Shown here piece after piece: positions 1 through 11,580 of a stretch of DNA of 64,000 nucleotides. The DNA is taken from positions 32,322 through 96,321 of the forward strand of contig RBZT01000564.1 of NCBI GenBank assembly GCA_003693705.1. The letters run 5' to 3'. Position 1 is the stretch's first letter; every line of letters begins with the position of its first letter. The notes beneath the pieces were generated by a model that was not told the origin of the DNA, ran no database searches, and worked only from the letters and a program-made list of their open reading frames with translations. This DNA is from Polymyxa betae A26-41 (lineage: Eukaryota > Protista > Endomyxa: Phytomyxea). The position numbers and the translations under genes are program-made.

Positions 1-1
1 C

Positions 2-505
2 ACCATTATTTTACGTGGTGGCGCCGAGCAGTTTATCGCTGAAACGGAAAGATCGCTGCATGATGCCATCATGATCGTGAAGCGAACCCTGCAGCACAAG
101 ATGGTCGTCGGCGGCGCCGGCGCGATTGAAATGCATCTGTCTCGCTGTCTGCGTGAACACTCATCGACGATCAAAGACAAACAGCAGCTGGTGATGTTCG
201 CATTCGCGCGCGCTCTGGAATGCATCCCGAGGCAGCTGACGAAGAACGCCGGTTTCGATGCGACCGATGTGCTGTCGGAGCTGAGGGCAGCTCATGCTCA
301 GGGTAAATGCTGGCGCGGCGTCAACGTCGACGTTCAGGGCACGCTGGACGCGTTCGAAGAATTCATCTGGGAACCGGCTTTGGTGAAGCAGAACGCATTA
401 GCAGCCGCCACCGAGGCTGCTTGCGTCATTCTATCAGTCGATGAGACCGTCCGCACGCCCAAGAGCGAAGGTCTCCCGAATCAGGGCGGTCCTCAGATGA
501 AATAA
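2..505 (+). CDS. CCT7: T-complex protein 1 subunit eta (CCT7), 3' part; 5' end outside window
   Basis: Frame from base 2 reads [28 protein letters not shown]...GGAGAIEM...KQQL...[21 protein letters not shown]...[25 protein letters not shown], characteristic of CCT-eta. Confidence 0.92.
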   Translation, partial: TIILRGGAEQFIAETERSLHDAIMIVKRTLQHKMVVGGAGAIEMHLSRCLREHSSTIKDKQQLVMFAFARALECIPRQLTKNAGFDATDVLSELRAAHAQGKCWRGVNVDVQGTLDAFEEFIWEPALVKQNALAAATEAACVILSVDETVRTPKSEGLPNQGGPQMK

Positions 506-730
506 TCTTCTTAGCTATACACAGTTCGATTAAATTGTCGTTTCCTTTTTTTCAGCATCTTTGGAGTAGTTGTGTCTTCAGTTTTAGGTTTAGTTTCGTC
601 ATTCGAATCATCGTGGTTTTGTCATCAAATGGTGTGTTGCTTTGTAAGGTCAAGAGCGGTTTCGGAGTCCGTGCGAGGGCTGCACCGTGATCATTTCCAG
701 TCCGTCCTTCTCCCACATCCAGCAAACACC

Positions 731-1762
731 ATGGCCAGCAACGCCGCTCGTTCCATGGCCGGACCCGGATCTAGCCTGGCCCGTCTGGCGGCCACGGCCG
801 TCGCCGGCGGTGCTCTCGCGTACGGCGCCTATAACTCGCTATTCACGGTCGAGGGTGGTCACCGGGCCGTCATGTACAATCGTATCGTCGGTGTTAAGGA
901 GGCCGTCTACCCTGAAGGGACGCATTTCATGGTGCCCTGGTTCGAGCAACCCACCATCTTCGACGTTCGAACCAAACCGAAGAAGATCTCGTCGCCGACC
1001 GGAACGAAAGATATGCAGATGGTGCAGATCTCGCTGCGGTCGGTTTTCTCGTTTCGCGTTTATCGCCCGCATTGATCGAATGAGCTCAGGGTTCTGTACA
1101 AGCCGGACGTGTCGGCGCTCCCCAAGATTTTCCAGCGATTCGGGGCCGATTACGACGAACGCATTCTGCCGTCGATCGCCAACGAGACGCTGAAGGCGAT
1201 CATCGCCCAGTACAACGCCGCCCAGCTCATCACCAAACGTGAAGAAGTGTCGCGAGAGATCCGCAACCATCTGCAGAAACGCGCCAAGGTTCGCAGTCGC
1301 GAGTCGTACTCGCCTTTCGCGGGGTCGTGCTGACCCCGTCCGCGTGTTTAGGATTTCTACATTCTGCTGGACGATGTGTCGATTACGCATCTGAGCTTCG
1401 GCTCCGAGTACACGGCGGCGGTCGAATCGAAGCAGGTTGCGCAGCAGGAGGCGGAACGAGCCAAGTTCATTGTCGAGCGCGCCCTGCAGGACAAACGATC
1501 GACGATCATCCACGCGCAGGGTGAAGCGCAGAGCGCCGAGATGATCGGGCGGGCGCTGTCTGCCAACCCCGGTTTCGTTGAGCTTCGTCGTATGGAGGCT
1601 GCCAGAAAGATCTCGTCGTCGTTGGCGGCGTCGCCGAACAAGGTGTACCTGTCGGCGAACTCGCTGCTGTTGAATCTGGGCGAGGAGCCGTCGTCGCAGT
1701 CGACATCGGCGATCGGCAAGACGCAGACGATCATGGCGACCTCGCCTGCAGAAGCTTCATAA
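731..1762 (+). CDS. PHB2: Prohibitin-2 (SPFH domain), 3 exons; introns 1039-1089 and 1289-1351
   Basis: [85 protein letters not shown]; GT-AG introns restore the frame. Confidence 0.93.
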
Positions 1763-2319
1763 TCTGTAGATTACGTTCGAGTAAAAAACAGTGTATTGTC
1801 TCAGTTAGCAGCTCCCTATAAAACGATAACAAGCAAGATTAAAGGCTTAATAGCAAGACTTTCTATCAAAAATTATTTCAGGTTGTCAAATTCTTTGAGA
1901 GCTTTTTTTCTCTGTTTAATTTTGAAAACGTTTGTTACTCTTCTCTCTTAGAGCAATTTATTGATATTTTTTCCAAATCTTGTCAGAAGGAAAGATAAGA
2001 GAGAAGCAGAAAGCAGTCGATAGTATTAACAGGTCGGATGTTGAGAGCTCCGGTAGGCGGTGATGTGTCTGTTAGACGCTCTCCGACATCTTCAGACGGC
2101 CTTCAATCAGGCTACAGTACAAAAAGCATTGCTGACGATGTTCTCGAACAGCGAGTATCATTTCCGCGCACAGATTCGAGACTAATGCGCGGTCAAGTTA
2201 GAATCTAAAGTCGCGCATTTGTTGTTTCCGACAGACGCAGTAATTAATCCCGCTTTGCGCACTTTCTGTCCCTGAGCGGGCGAGGCCTGATTGAAGCTCC
2301 ATTTCCATCATTGCCAGCT

Positions 2320-3845
2320 ATGATCGGCGATCTCATCGTCACCATCACCCTATTGGTGGCGCTCTCTGTAGTCACCCTAGCAGCCGCCATCCTGCTCGTC
2401 ATCAAATTCGGACATCCCGATGACAAAAACGAAGCGCTCTGGCCGAAAACCGTCGTCATCCTGTCCCTGTATCTGGCCGCCGCCGCCGTCTTCGTCTTCC
2501 CATTAGATGTGTCAGCGACGGCCGATCCCAGGCTGAGATCGGTCATGTCGATCATTTGGTATGCGATCTTTGCGAGCGTGGCTTTACTGCTGCTGCTGGT
2601 CGTTCCTATTTCCATCTCGGTCTATGAAGACGCTGATGGTCATGCCTCGAAGAGCAAATTCGTCTCTGTGCTGTTTGGTCTCTTCCCGTTATTCCTGATA
2701 GGAATTCTCTCTGCCTGTTTATATCCCTTTTTCAGCAGCTATACGCTGTCGGCACAAGACGCTGAAAAAGTGACCGGGTCGTTCGACGCCGCCACGAAGA
2801 CGACCATCGACTTCCTGCTGTTCGCCGTTGCCGTTCTGTCCATGATCGGCTGGGCCGCCTTCGCCTTGTTCGTTCCGATCGGCCTGGTCGTGCTTCCGAT
2901 GGATCTGATTAACGCCTTCGTGACGCGTCCGAAACCCATGACCGTCTCAGATTACAGCCGAGAAAAGGTTCAGATCGGTAATTTCGTCATTTCGTCACGT
3001 TTGTCGATATTTGAATGGGCGACGTTAGGTAGGAAAGCGACGCAGCTGCTGTCGCTAGCGAAAGACGAGCAGCAAAGCCGCGATCAGAATGGATTCCGCA
3101 AATCGAAGCTCTCCCGAGCCGAGCGGAAAGCGCAGGTCGCCCTCGAGATCGAAACATACGAGCTCAAGAAGCGACAGGCTTACCTTGAAGAGGCGTACGC
3201 TGGCAAACACCTTCGTTCTGCTTTCAGTCTAACAATGCTTTCAGGTATGCCCTTCGAGGCGGAAACCCGCTCTGGTATTTCTTCCAGCTGATTCTGGGAA
3301 TCGTTTTGATGTTGATTACGGCGTCCTGGATTGTCCATACGACGATTTTCGTCCTATTCGGGGTCTCAACGGGCTTAAATAGCGTTCTTTCTGGTCTGCA
3401 ATCGTTCCCTGTAGGGAGCATCGTGTATTTTGCTGTACATGCGCTGTATCTATTAGCGGCTGCCGTCAAGGGAGCCTTTCGCTTCTCTCTCGGTTCGAGA
3501 CAGTTGTCAATATACCCGATGGAGATCGGGAATACCTTGATGAACGCGTTCCTTGTGAACATCTGGCTGATTTTGGCGCTCGTGTTCCCTTTGATCCAGT
3601 TCTGTGCGATCTCGTTTAAGGAATACGCAAGCAGGACGGTCATCGATGGGATTGCGCTTCGCATCAACAATCTGCCGTTGTTCAAGAGCTTCGTCTTTTT
3701 CGACAATATTTACATCTACGTGATGGGCGGGATCATGTTCCTCACGCTTCTGATGACTTTGGCATGTCCAAGGAATACCACCCATCAGCTTAGAAACCGG
3801 TTAAGGAACCGTATTGAGCTAAGGTCCGACATAGAATTAAGATAA
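2320..3845 (+). CDS. LMBR1-like multipass membrane protein (at least 2 introns, near 2978-3029 and 3195-3245)
   Basis: HPDDKNEALWPK, FPLDV, GLVVLPMDLINAFVTRPKPM, IYPMEIGNTLMNAFLVNIWLIL, IQFCAISFKEYA motifs of the LMBR1 family; many TM segments. Confidence 0.85.
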
Positions 3846-4042
3846 ACCATATCTGAAAGGCTGCTTCACCTCTGGAAGGAACTGATTTCATCAGCTTGCC
3901 TCAGTATTGGCTCATCAGGTTGCCAGATGATGGCTGGGTTCCTATCCTCGATGAACTTCAAGCTATGTATTCGAATAGACCGAGGCTGTACATGACAGCC
4001 TCCTAAAACAATGGGCGAAATCTTGTTCATCAATACCTTGTA

Positions 4043-4538
4043 TTATTTGGTAGTTTTCGGCTCACTTTCACTGGCTTTGCCTTTCCATTTGAAATTCGTC
4101 GCGTACGATTTCGGTTGTTTCTTCTTCAGATGAGGTTCCTGGACTCTGTACTTAATTCCGTGATTATCAGCGAACTGGATCGCGCTGTCTTTTGTGTCGA
4201 ATTTGATTCGAATAGATTGGAATGGGTCTCTAGACGAACTCCAGCCCTGTAGCCATCTGTTTATAGCAATCTCATCATCGAAGTGGAGAACCGACCGTCA
4301 ATGGATTATTCCATCGCATCAAGGGTTCGAATTTTAAGAGCCACACAGATTGCTCCGTTCGTTTCGCTTGCTGCATAACGGATGGAGCCGGAGCGACAAT
4401 AATGGCTTCTCGGTTAGCGAGAGCTTCTGAGGCAGAAATGCCTGCTTGAAGAGCCAGAAACTCCTGTGGCGTCTTGGTTGACGACGCGGCCGACCCGGAG
4501 AATACTCGAACCCGACGAAGGGCGGCTGTCAGTATCAT
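4043..4538 (-). CDS. NDUFS4: Complex I 18-kDa accessory subunit (NDUFS4), 1 intron near 4248-4296
   Basis: Spliced reading WLLKFEPLMRWNNPLTGWSSSRDPFQSIRIKFDTKDSAIQFADNHGIKY...KSYATNFKW; N-terminus resembles a mitochondrial presequence. Confidence 0.9.
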
Positions 4539-4616
4539 GGGAATAGAAACTCCAATCGTATGACGATAATCACCCCAACCGAGAAATCAAAAAACTCTGG
4601 AAAAGGCACAAAATTT

Positions 4617-4976
4617 TTAGATTAAGTTTGTGCGTGAGTCCCCTAAGTACGCACCATGCCCAGATCGGTTATTTGTTATGTCCCATAATGAGCAGCTTGA
4701 GGAGCGAGAGTATCTGAAGACCTTCGGCAAGGATGTAGAAGCAACCTTCTCGGCCTTTTGGCTAAGATCAAGTGTAGTATCTGTTCTAGAACTCGTGACA
4801 AAGTTCTTGTCTCCACTGGGGACACTGTTCACGATTATTTTTGTCGCCAGATTATTGAGGCTCTGGCTTGCCATCCTCGATGATCGCACGTGACCTCTGT
4901 GCGTTGCACTACAGCAGAGCGTCGCGGGTGCTGGTTGCACCAGCAGCACCAATAAAATTAAAACGAAATTGATCAT
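4617..4976 (-). CDS. Hypothetical small secreted protein (119 aa)
   Basis: ATG ORF with signal-peptide-like start MINFVLILLVLLVQPAPA; no recognised domain. Confidence 0.45.
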   Translation of the reverse strand: MINFVLILLVLLVQPAPATLCCSATHRGHVRSSRMASQSLNNLATKIIVNSVPSGDKNFVTSSRTDTTLDLSQKAEKVASTSLPKVFRYSRSSSCSLWDITNNRSGHGAYLGDSRTNLI

Positions 4977-5094
4977 TGCTAATTTCTTGTTTATTTAAAA
5001 CATATATGCTCGAAATTCTGTAGATGTTCGCAGCTCTGTGCTATGATGATCAGTGCAACTATTCAAACACTCCTGGACCAAGTTGAAGTGAAGC

Positions 5095-8000
5095 TTACAA
5101 CTTGCAGTTTCTCAATTCGTGCTTCGATACAGAAAACCTAAACAATTTACTAAGTAAAGGGAACAACTGGACAACGAAAACTTCTAAATACTTGTGAACA
5201 GAATCAGGACCATCAGCGATACGAAGTGATCGGATTCCAGCCCTATTCCACGAAGATTAAACATGCAATATCAAGCTTTGCTCGTTCATTCAAACCAGAA
5301 TTTTGGTAATGGAGAATCGGGCCCAACTCCTTCGGCTCCATGAACTTGAATTGCACGGTCAAGAACAGATAAGACAGCCTGAATGCAATGAAAATGATAT
5401 ACTTGAAGCCAATGTTGTATAAGTAGTATTACTCTTGGAACTGCAATTTTCACAATCGATAAAGCATGTCGAGCGTAACGGTTTCCATGCGAATCGATAA
5501 TTGCAGCTGTGTTCATAGCTAGAGCTCTGCATTGATCTAATTGTACGCGGCTACAGAAAACAGGTAATAAAGTGTCATGGAAACCGTTTTTGAATTTACC
5601 ACTCAGCGATATCGTCAAGAATGACATCGTTGTTGAAGAATTTCTTATTAAAAGTGGATCTGCCTAAAGCGCCCTCTGTGATTAACTATACAGCATATTG
5701 CGAAATGCAAGAGACAGACATTTAGCCCGTTTACACAGAAGCTGAAGGGCGACTTCTCCAACACCTAATGCTCGCATGCAGTGATGGATTCTTCCGGGTC
5801 CGAGTCGAGCCTATCAGTAGAAAGTCAAAGACTTGATTCTAAAGTTCTGGTGAAAAACCTGAGCCATAGCAAATCCTTCTCCACGCTTGCCCAGAATGTT
5901 TGACAGAGGGACTCGAACATTGATCAAGCGAACTTCCGCATGCCCTAAGAACACAGAGTTTAATTTGCGATAACATTTCAAAAGAGATGTTGAACCTTCA
6001 GGGGCGTCATCGTAACCGAAGACTGTTAAGTGCCTTTGGATAATAACGCCAGGAGAGTCCACAGGTACCAAAATCATAGATTGCTGTTTGAAAGGCGTCT
6101 TGCTTTCAGGATCGGTTTTTCCCATAACAATCATTATTTTACAATTGGGATGCATTGCGCCAGATGTCCACCATTTGCGGCCATTGATCACCCAATAATC
6201 GCCATCCTGAATCGTTCCATCAATTGGCCCACAGTTATCGCAGCATTACCTGCCTAATAGAGCATTGAATCTGGTTGGCATCACTTGAAGCTACAAAGCG
6301 TTCTGTCATTGCGAAGCAGCTTCTAATCGAGCCGTCCAGTAATGGCATAAGCCATTTGCACTTTTGTTCTTTAGTTCCATAACGAGCCAGCAACTCCATA
6401 TTTCCAGTATCAGGTGCACTACAGTTGCAGGCCTAAAATAACGTTTTAAACCAATTAATCAAAGTTCAAATAGATTACAAACCTCAGGCGCTAAGAATAT
6501 TGACGTCCCCATAATTTCACACAAAGGGGCATATTCTAAATTTGTTAATGGTTTGTGATGGAATCCCTCGAGCTCTATCGGGAAAGAAAGAAACAGGTTA
6601 AATAAGCCGCGCTGCTTAGCAGCAGATTTTAAAGACTCCATCACAGGAGGGATCTCCCAGCGATTTCTGTTAGAATTCTGCGGCAGAATAACATTCATTT
6701 GTTGTGTTTGATGGATCCCAAATGAAGCGAGACTGGGTACCTGTTGCTTAAAATATATTTGCTCTGAAGGATAAATGACCGACTCCATGAAATCTAACAG
6801 TCGAGAGCGAACTTCGAAAAACCGGCTAGAAAATTGCATTCGGAAGGGTTCGAGCTGTAGTGAAAGCTTCCTCTCATCGAAATTGTCATTATACTTTACT
6901 AACTGTAAGCCGATCCCTGCAAGGACTGGGCATAGCTTGCCAATCTCCAGCGCCCTCTTGGAAGATGCGTTTCCTAACAGAGCACGTTTCATGACCCTGT
7001 CGAGAATTAGTTATGTAAGCGTGGTAGGTGAAAACGTTGTCCATACCCTTGACAGATAGCAGCAATTCTGAAACAAGCCAATGCCATTAAAGGTTGGATC
7101 TGCTTCGGGTTCGCAGGTCGGCCAGCAATCCTTGAGTATGCTAACCGAAGATCAGCCTCTTTTGGTATACCTGACTCCATTTTTCCTAGGACACATTAGG
7201 AACAATTCAAGACAAACGCACCCCTACCTTCCAATGAAGCGATCCCAGGAATGTCTGGAAGATGGTACATTAGACAGAAATAGGCTAGATCGCAAAATGG
7301 ATCCCCAATTGTCGAAAGTTCCCAGTCTAGAACGGCAACGATCCTTGCTTGGTTGTCAGTACCACCTTAAGCAACGTTTGAAACTCCAAAACCTATCTTC
7401 CGTTGGATGAACAATGCAGTTATCTATTCGGAAATCTCCTAATCGTCTTTGTGAGGAGACATGATGATAGAGTTTGTGAGACCGACCGTGAACGAGCGAG
7501 CATTGAGAATAAGGAATCTCTTCTGGCAATGATTGCTCTAAGGACTTCAGTAACGCATCCATCTCTGGAACGTCAGATGTCTTGCTTGAGGCATACTGAA
7601 TATCGGGTTAGATTCGATGATCGATGGCTACCAATTTTGCAACCTGACGAGCCCAAGTTTGCAGCTGCCGACGAGCATATTGCTGCGGTTTGCCTCCAAA
7701 ATGGTTGAAATACGTACTGAAATCAAACGAATGAATAGCAGCCAGAACGCGAACGGCATCACTGTAGATCGCAAAGCGAGAATCAGCCTACATCGGCTTA
7801 GAATTTGAAGTCTGCAGATGGAGCGTTACCTTTAATCCAGGTAGAGAAGGATCCTGAAAGATTCGGCCTGCAACGTATTCCATCACAAAAAACGGAGAGC
7901 CGATAACCGATCCGTCCATGCATAAATGGATCATAGTTGGCACAGGGACATCGGAATAACTTGAGCAATTTGAATATGTTGGCAGGGTATGATACTGCCT

Positions 8001-8289
8001 ACCTTTTCAAGACCCTCATTACAGCAAATTCTCTTTCTATGGCATGTGCTGACGGCAGCAATCGGCCAAAAGGCTTTCTGCGAAGGACGACGCGATAACC
8101 ACCAACGTTCAACATGTATGTTGGATTGCTTCCAAAATGAGTACTGATCATTTCCCATCAAAAAACACACCTTTGCCCGTGGGGAAACTTTCCAACCGAC
8201 ACCGGCCTGGCCTTAGGTATGACGCCTTGGGCTGTCAGGTATGGAACCAGCCGATCCAAAGAGATATCGACGCCAGTAGTTATTGCCAT
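5095..8289 (-). CDS. Acyl-CoA dehydrogenase family 10/11-like (APH-phosphotransferase plus ACAD domains), multi-exon, C-terminal PTS1 CKL
   Basis: KFPHGQSNPTYML...[20 protein letters not shown]; [13 protein letters not shown]; [63 protein letters not shown]; ends ...RNCKL*. Confidence 0.9.
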
Positions 8290-8465
8290 TGTGATTAGCT
8301 ATAACTTTCTTTAGCCAAATGACTATCGGGAGAACCCCTTCATCAGATTTGACCCCAAAATGTAACACGCTGTTCTCTTCATAAGAAGGTACCGTTATGT
8401 TACAAATTGGGATGTTGGGGCTGACTTTGGGGTTACAGTGACAGAGCATCTTCGTGTATCATCTC

Positions 8466-9700
8466 ATGTCGACATCATTGCTGAGGCCAACGACCGATGA
8501 AGAGGCAAGCGATAATGGGGAGCTGGTTAGAAGAATTGACATGGGCCGCCGCAGGCTGGGAAAGTCAGAGAGTTCCGGTCAAGCCAGCTGTTTGCAGCGA
8601 TGGCAGACGAGTTCAAGGATTCGGTCCTTATGCGAGAGGCACATGATGATGATCGTCTAATGTAATGTATCTTGAGCTGGATTTTGATTTCTGATAGACG
8701 ACATCGATTTAGTGACGATGTTTACGTGCTAGAAACCTTAATCCGGAACAAGCATTGAAGATGTTTCGCGAGATGTTACAATGGAGACAAAGCTTTGGCA
8801 CAGACGATGCATTATCATGGAAATTTCCATTGATCCATAGGTGATGCAAATACCCAATACCTAAATGTTTGGTGTTTTATATGTTTATCAGGATTAAAGA
8901 GCTCTACCCTCATGGCTATCACAAGTTTTCGAAATGTGGTATACCAGTATATATCGCCAGAGTTGGAATATTAAATACAGCCGAGCTTATGAGCATATCT
9001 AACGTCCCGGAATTGATTCGTCTTCATGTCCAATCAAGAGAATACGCCCGATCTGTTTTGTAAATGACTAAAACCAATTCTATATCACATTGCTGATGTA
9101 ACTGTAGGTTTCCCCGAGCATCGCAACGGTCGAATCAGCTCATTGATCAACAAATCACGATTCTTGATATGAATGGCATGTCTCTGTCACAATGCTCCAG
9201 GTTAGTCTACCAATATATCCAGGTAGACCGCATTGCTTAAGTTTATCTGCTGCCGTTTACATTCTTGCAGGAGACATCTGTTATCGACCAAAACTATTAC
9301 CCAGAGATCCTTGCCCGGATGCTCATCATCAATGCCCCTATGTTATTCTCAGTAATCTGGAAAGTTGTGAAGCCTTGGATTGAGGAGCGAGTCCAGAAAA
9401 AGGTCAATATTGATGTTTTTGCAAACCATTATCTGGTAAAGCGTTGACTATTGGTGCAGATTTTCATAACCAGTCAAAAAAAATGAATCTGAACTTCTGG
9501 ATCTGATAGACGCTGACCAATTGCCAGACTTTTTAGGCGGAACTGACACTTCTTTTCTGACGACAGAGTAAACTGGAGTTGCAACAAGATGATCGCAACG
9601 ATTAACCGCATTTTAGGGAGGAGTTGGAAATCAGGAACTTAGCTACCGTACTTTGCTAAAGTTTGTACCCGCCACTTGTAAATGGATTTGGTCCATGTAA
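8466..9700 (+). CDS. Sec14/CRAL-TRIO lipid-transfer protein, multi-exon (ends approximate; apparent 1-nt frameshift at 9476-9483)
   Basis: RARN.NPEQALKMFREMLQWR, YPHGYHKFSKCGIPVYI, ITILDMNG, DQNYYPEILARMLIINAPMLFSVIWKVVKPWI, IDADQLPDFLGG. Confidence 0.85.
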
Positions 9701-9987
9701 ATGACAACGCCAGACGATTATGAGTCCAGCCAGCCATAAATGAGATATCACTATAAAAATCATACAGAGGAATGGATGCCTTTTGGTACGGTAGGCTGAA
9801 ATTATACAGAAAGGACGTAACGTTGAATGGCTATCAGTGTTGCCCATACAGGCGTTACCGTAGGTATCATAGGGCTCATGGCTGCTCCTGCTGGTCTCAA
9901 CTGACTAGTGACCTTACTGATCGCCTATAGAGAGACCTGAGGCCTGCGTTCCCTGCCAAATGATTTTATACTGAGTTGTCCTACTGG

Positions 9988-11440
9988 ATGGACGATGAGC
10001 AGCTCGACGAAGGCGCCGTGCCGCATGTGCGACCATCCGAAACCATTCGGATCAGGGAATCCCATGCGAAAGACGTTATTGAGAAGGGTTTACTGTCGCT
10101 AACTCGCATCGAATCGCTTGTTAAGCACCTTAGCTTGACATTATTGGATTTTTCTGTCAATCTGAAGACGATCTGCTTTGAGGAAGAGCAGCGCTCGAGG
10201 GCGGCTATGCTTGATCTGGCGCCGGGAGCGTCGGAGCTCTGGACCGTCTTGCAGTCCTTAACGATGCTGCTTTCAGTATCGCAAGAAAAGACTGCAGGCG
10301 AGTTAGTTGACGATTTTCTGAAACCTCTTGAAGAGATGCATATTCGCTTGGATGAGTCGAGAAGATGTCTCGAACTCTTAAAGCGTAATAGAAAGTTCGA
10401 CGTTTTGGTTATTGAAACCCACGTTGAGAAGGAGAAGAAAGCATGCCTAAAAGCAATGAAATCGCTTCAGGTGCGTGGTTTATTCATTCTATGATTTCAC
10501 TAAGCAAGTGTGCTCACAGAGCTCTGTAAAAGCATTGGTGGCATCGACGAATAGCTCTGGAATTTTCTCCAAAATGTCGCGTCGTCGATATGAGCGAGCA
10601 GTGAAGAAGAAGGTCCTCGAGGTTCAAGAGCTATTCCGGAAGTATCAAAATACGATCAATGGTTACAATCGGCAATTCGAGGAGTACGAACGCACGATTC
10701 AGACCCCTTTGCTCAACAGCATCCATATGCTAGAGGGCAAACGTCTTGAACTGCTGAAGCATTGCACAATCAATCTGGAAATATACTTATCCACCATAAC
10801 GACTCCTGAGCAAGCCACCTCGATTCTGATGAAGAACGCGCTCGATTCCATCAACGAAGCAAAAGAGATGTCAACGACACCTTCAACTCTTACCCAACAC
10901 AAGCTTCAGTTTGTCTACGATTTACCTTGCTCTCCGGAGGCCTTCGATCATCATACATGGCCTGGAAGTTCAGGATTGGTTTGGTACAAGGGAAGCGTGC
11001 AAGAAGCCAGCATCAGAAAAAACAGCATCGATCGCAGGGGCACGATGCCTGATTTACGGACAGATTCTAGAAACGTTTGGGCTATCTCTCAAAGCGGCGA
11101 TTCCGATCATGAATTCGATGATAATCTCAAGACCATTGAAGAAGATAATGTCGAACCTAAACCAACAGTAGCCACATTTTCGCTTGTCAAGCCGAAGCCC
11201 ATTGGTCACTGGCATGAAGGTGAAATATCTGCCAAGTCACATTCAATTTGGCACGCAAACGGTCCAGGCTTTAGGAAAGAATCCGATCCTCCTGGTAAAG
11301 TCACCTTGTTCAAACAATCAACAAGCTCAAAGGTTATTAGCACACCTGCAGTCAGTGATATCACTAATGACCTATCTCATTTAACTCTAAGCCGTCCTGC
11401 TCTGCAAAGACCAAGGCAGCGACACCGTACTGCCAAATAA
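9988..11440 (+). CDS. F-BAR/FCH-like helical protein with C-terminal capping-protein-interaction (CPI)-like motif; intron ~10471-10519
   Basis: Helical N-terminal ~300 aa with F-BAR-like pattern (LWTVL..., DDFLKPLEEM, YQNTINGYN...LLNSIHMLEGKRLELLK); tail LSHLTLSRPALQRPRQR. Confidence 0.6.
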
Positions 11441-11580
11441 ATAACCTTCAACAATGTTTATACACACAAACCTAGGATTTAAACTTCTTTTCATTAATTA
11501 AGATACACCAAAGGACATCGTTATTTACTGGCAGACAATCAATCATTGATTAAATTTATTGGAATCTACTGGTAGGTGAA

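Noticed and set aside
8213-8462. Upstream ATG suggesting ACAD and Sec14 start codons only a few bp apart
   Set aside because: A better ACAD start at 8289 reads directly into the conserved KFPHGQS motif without an intron
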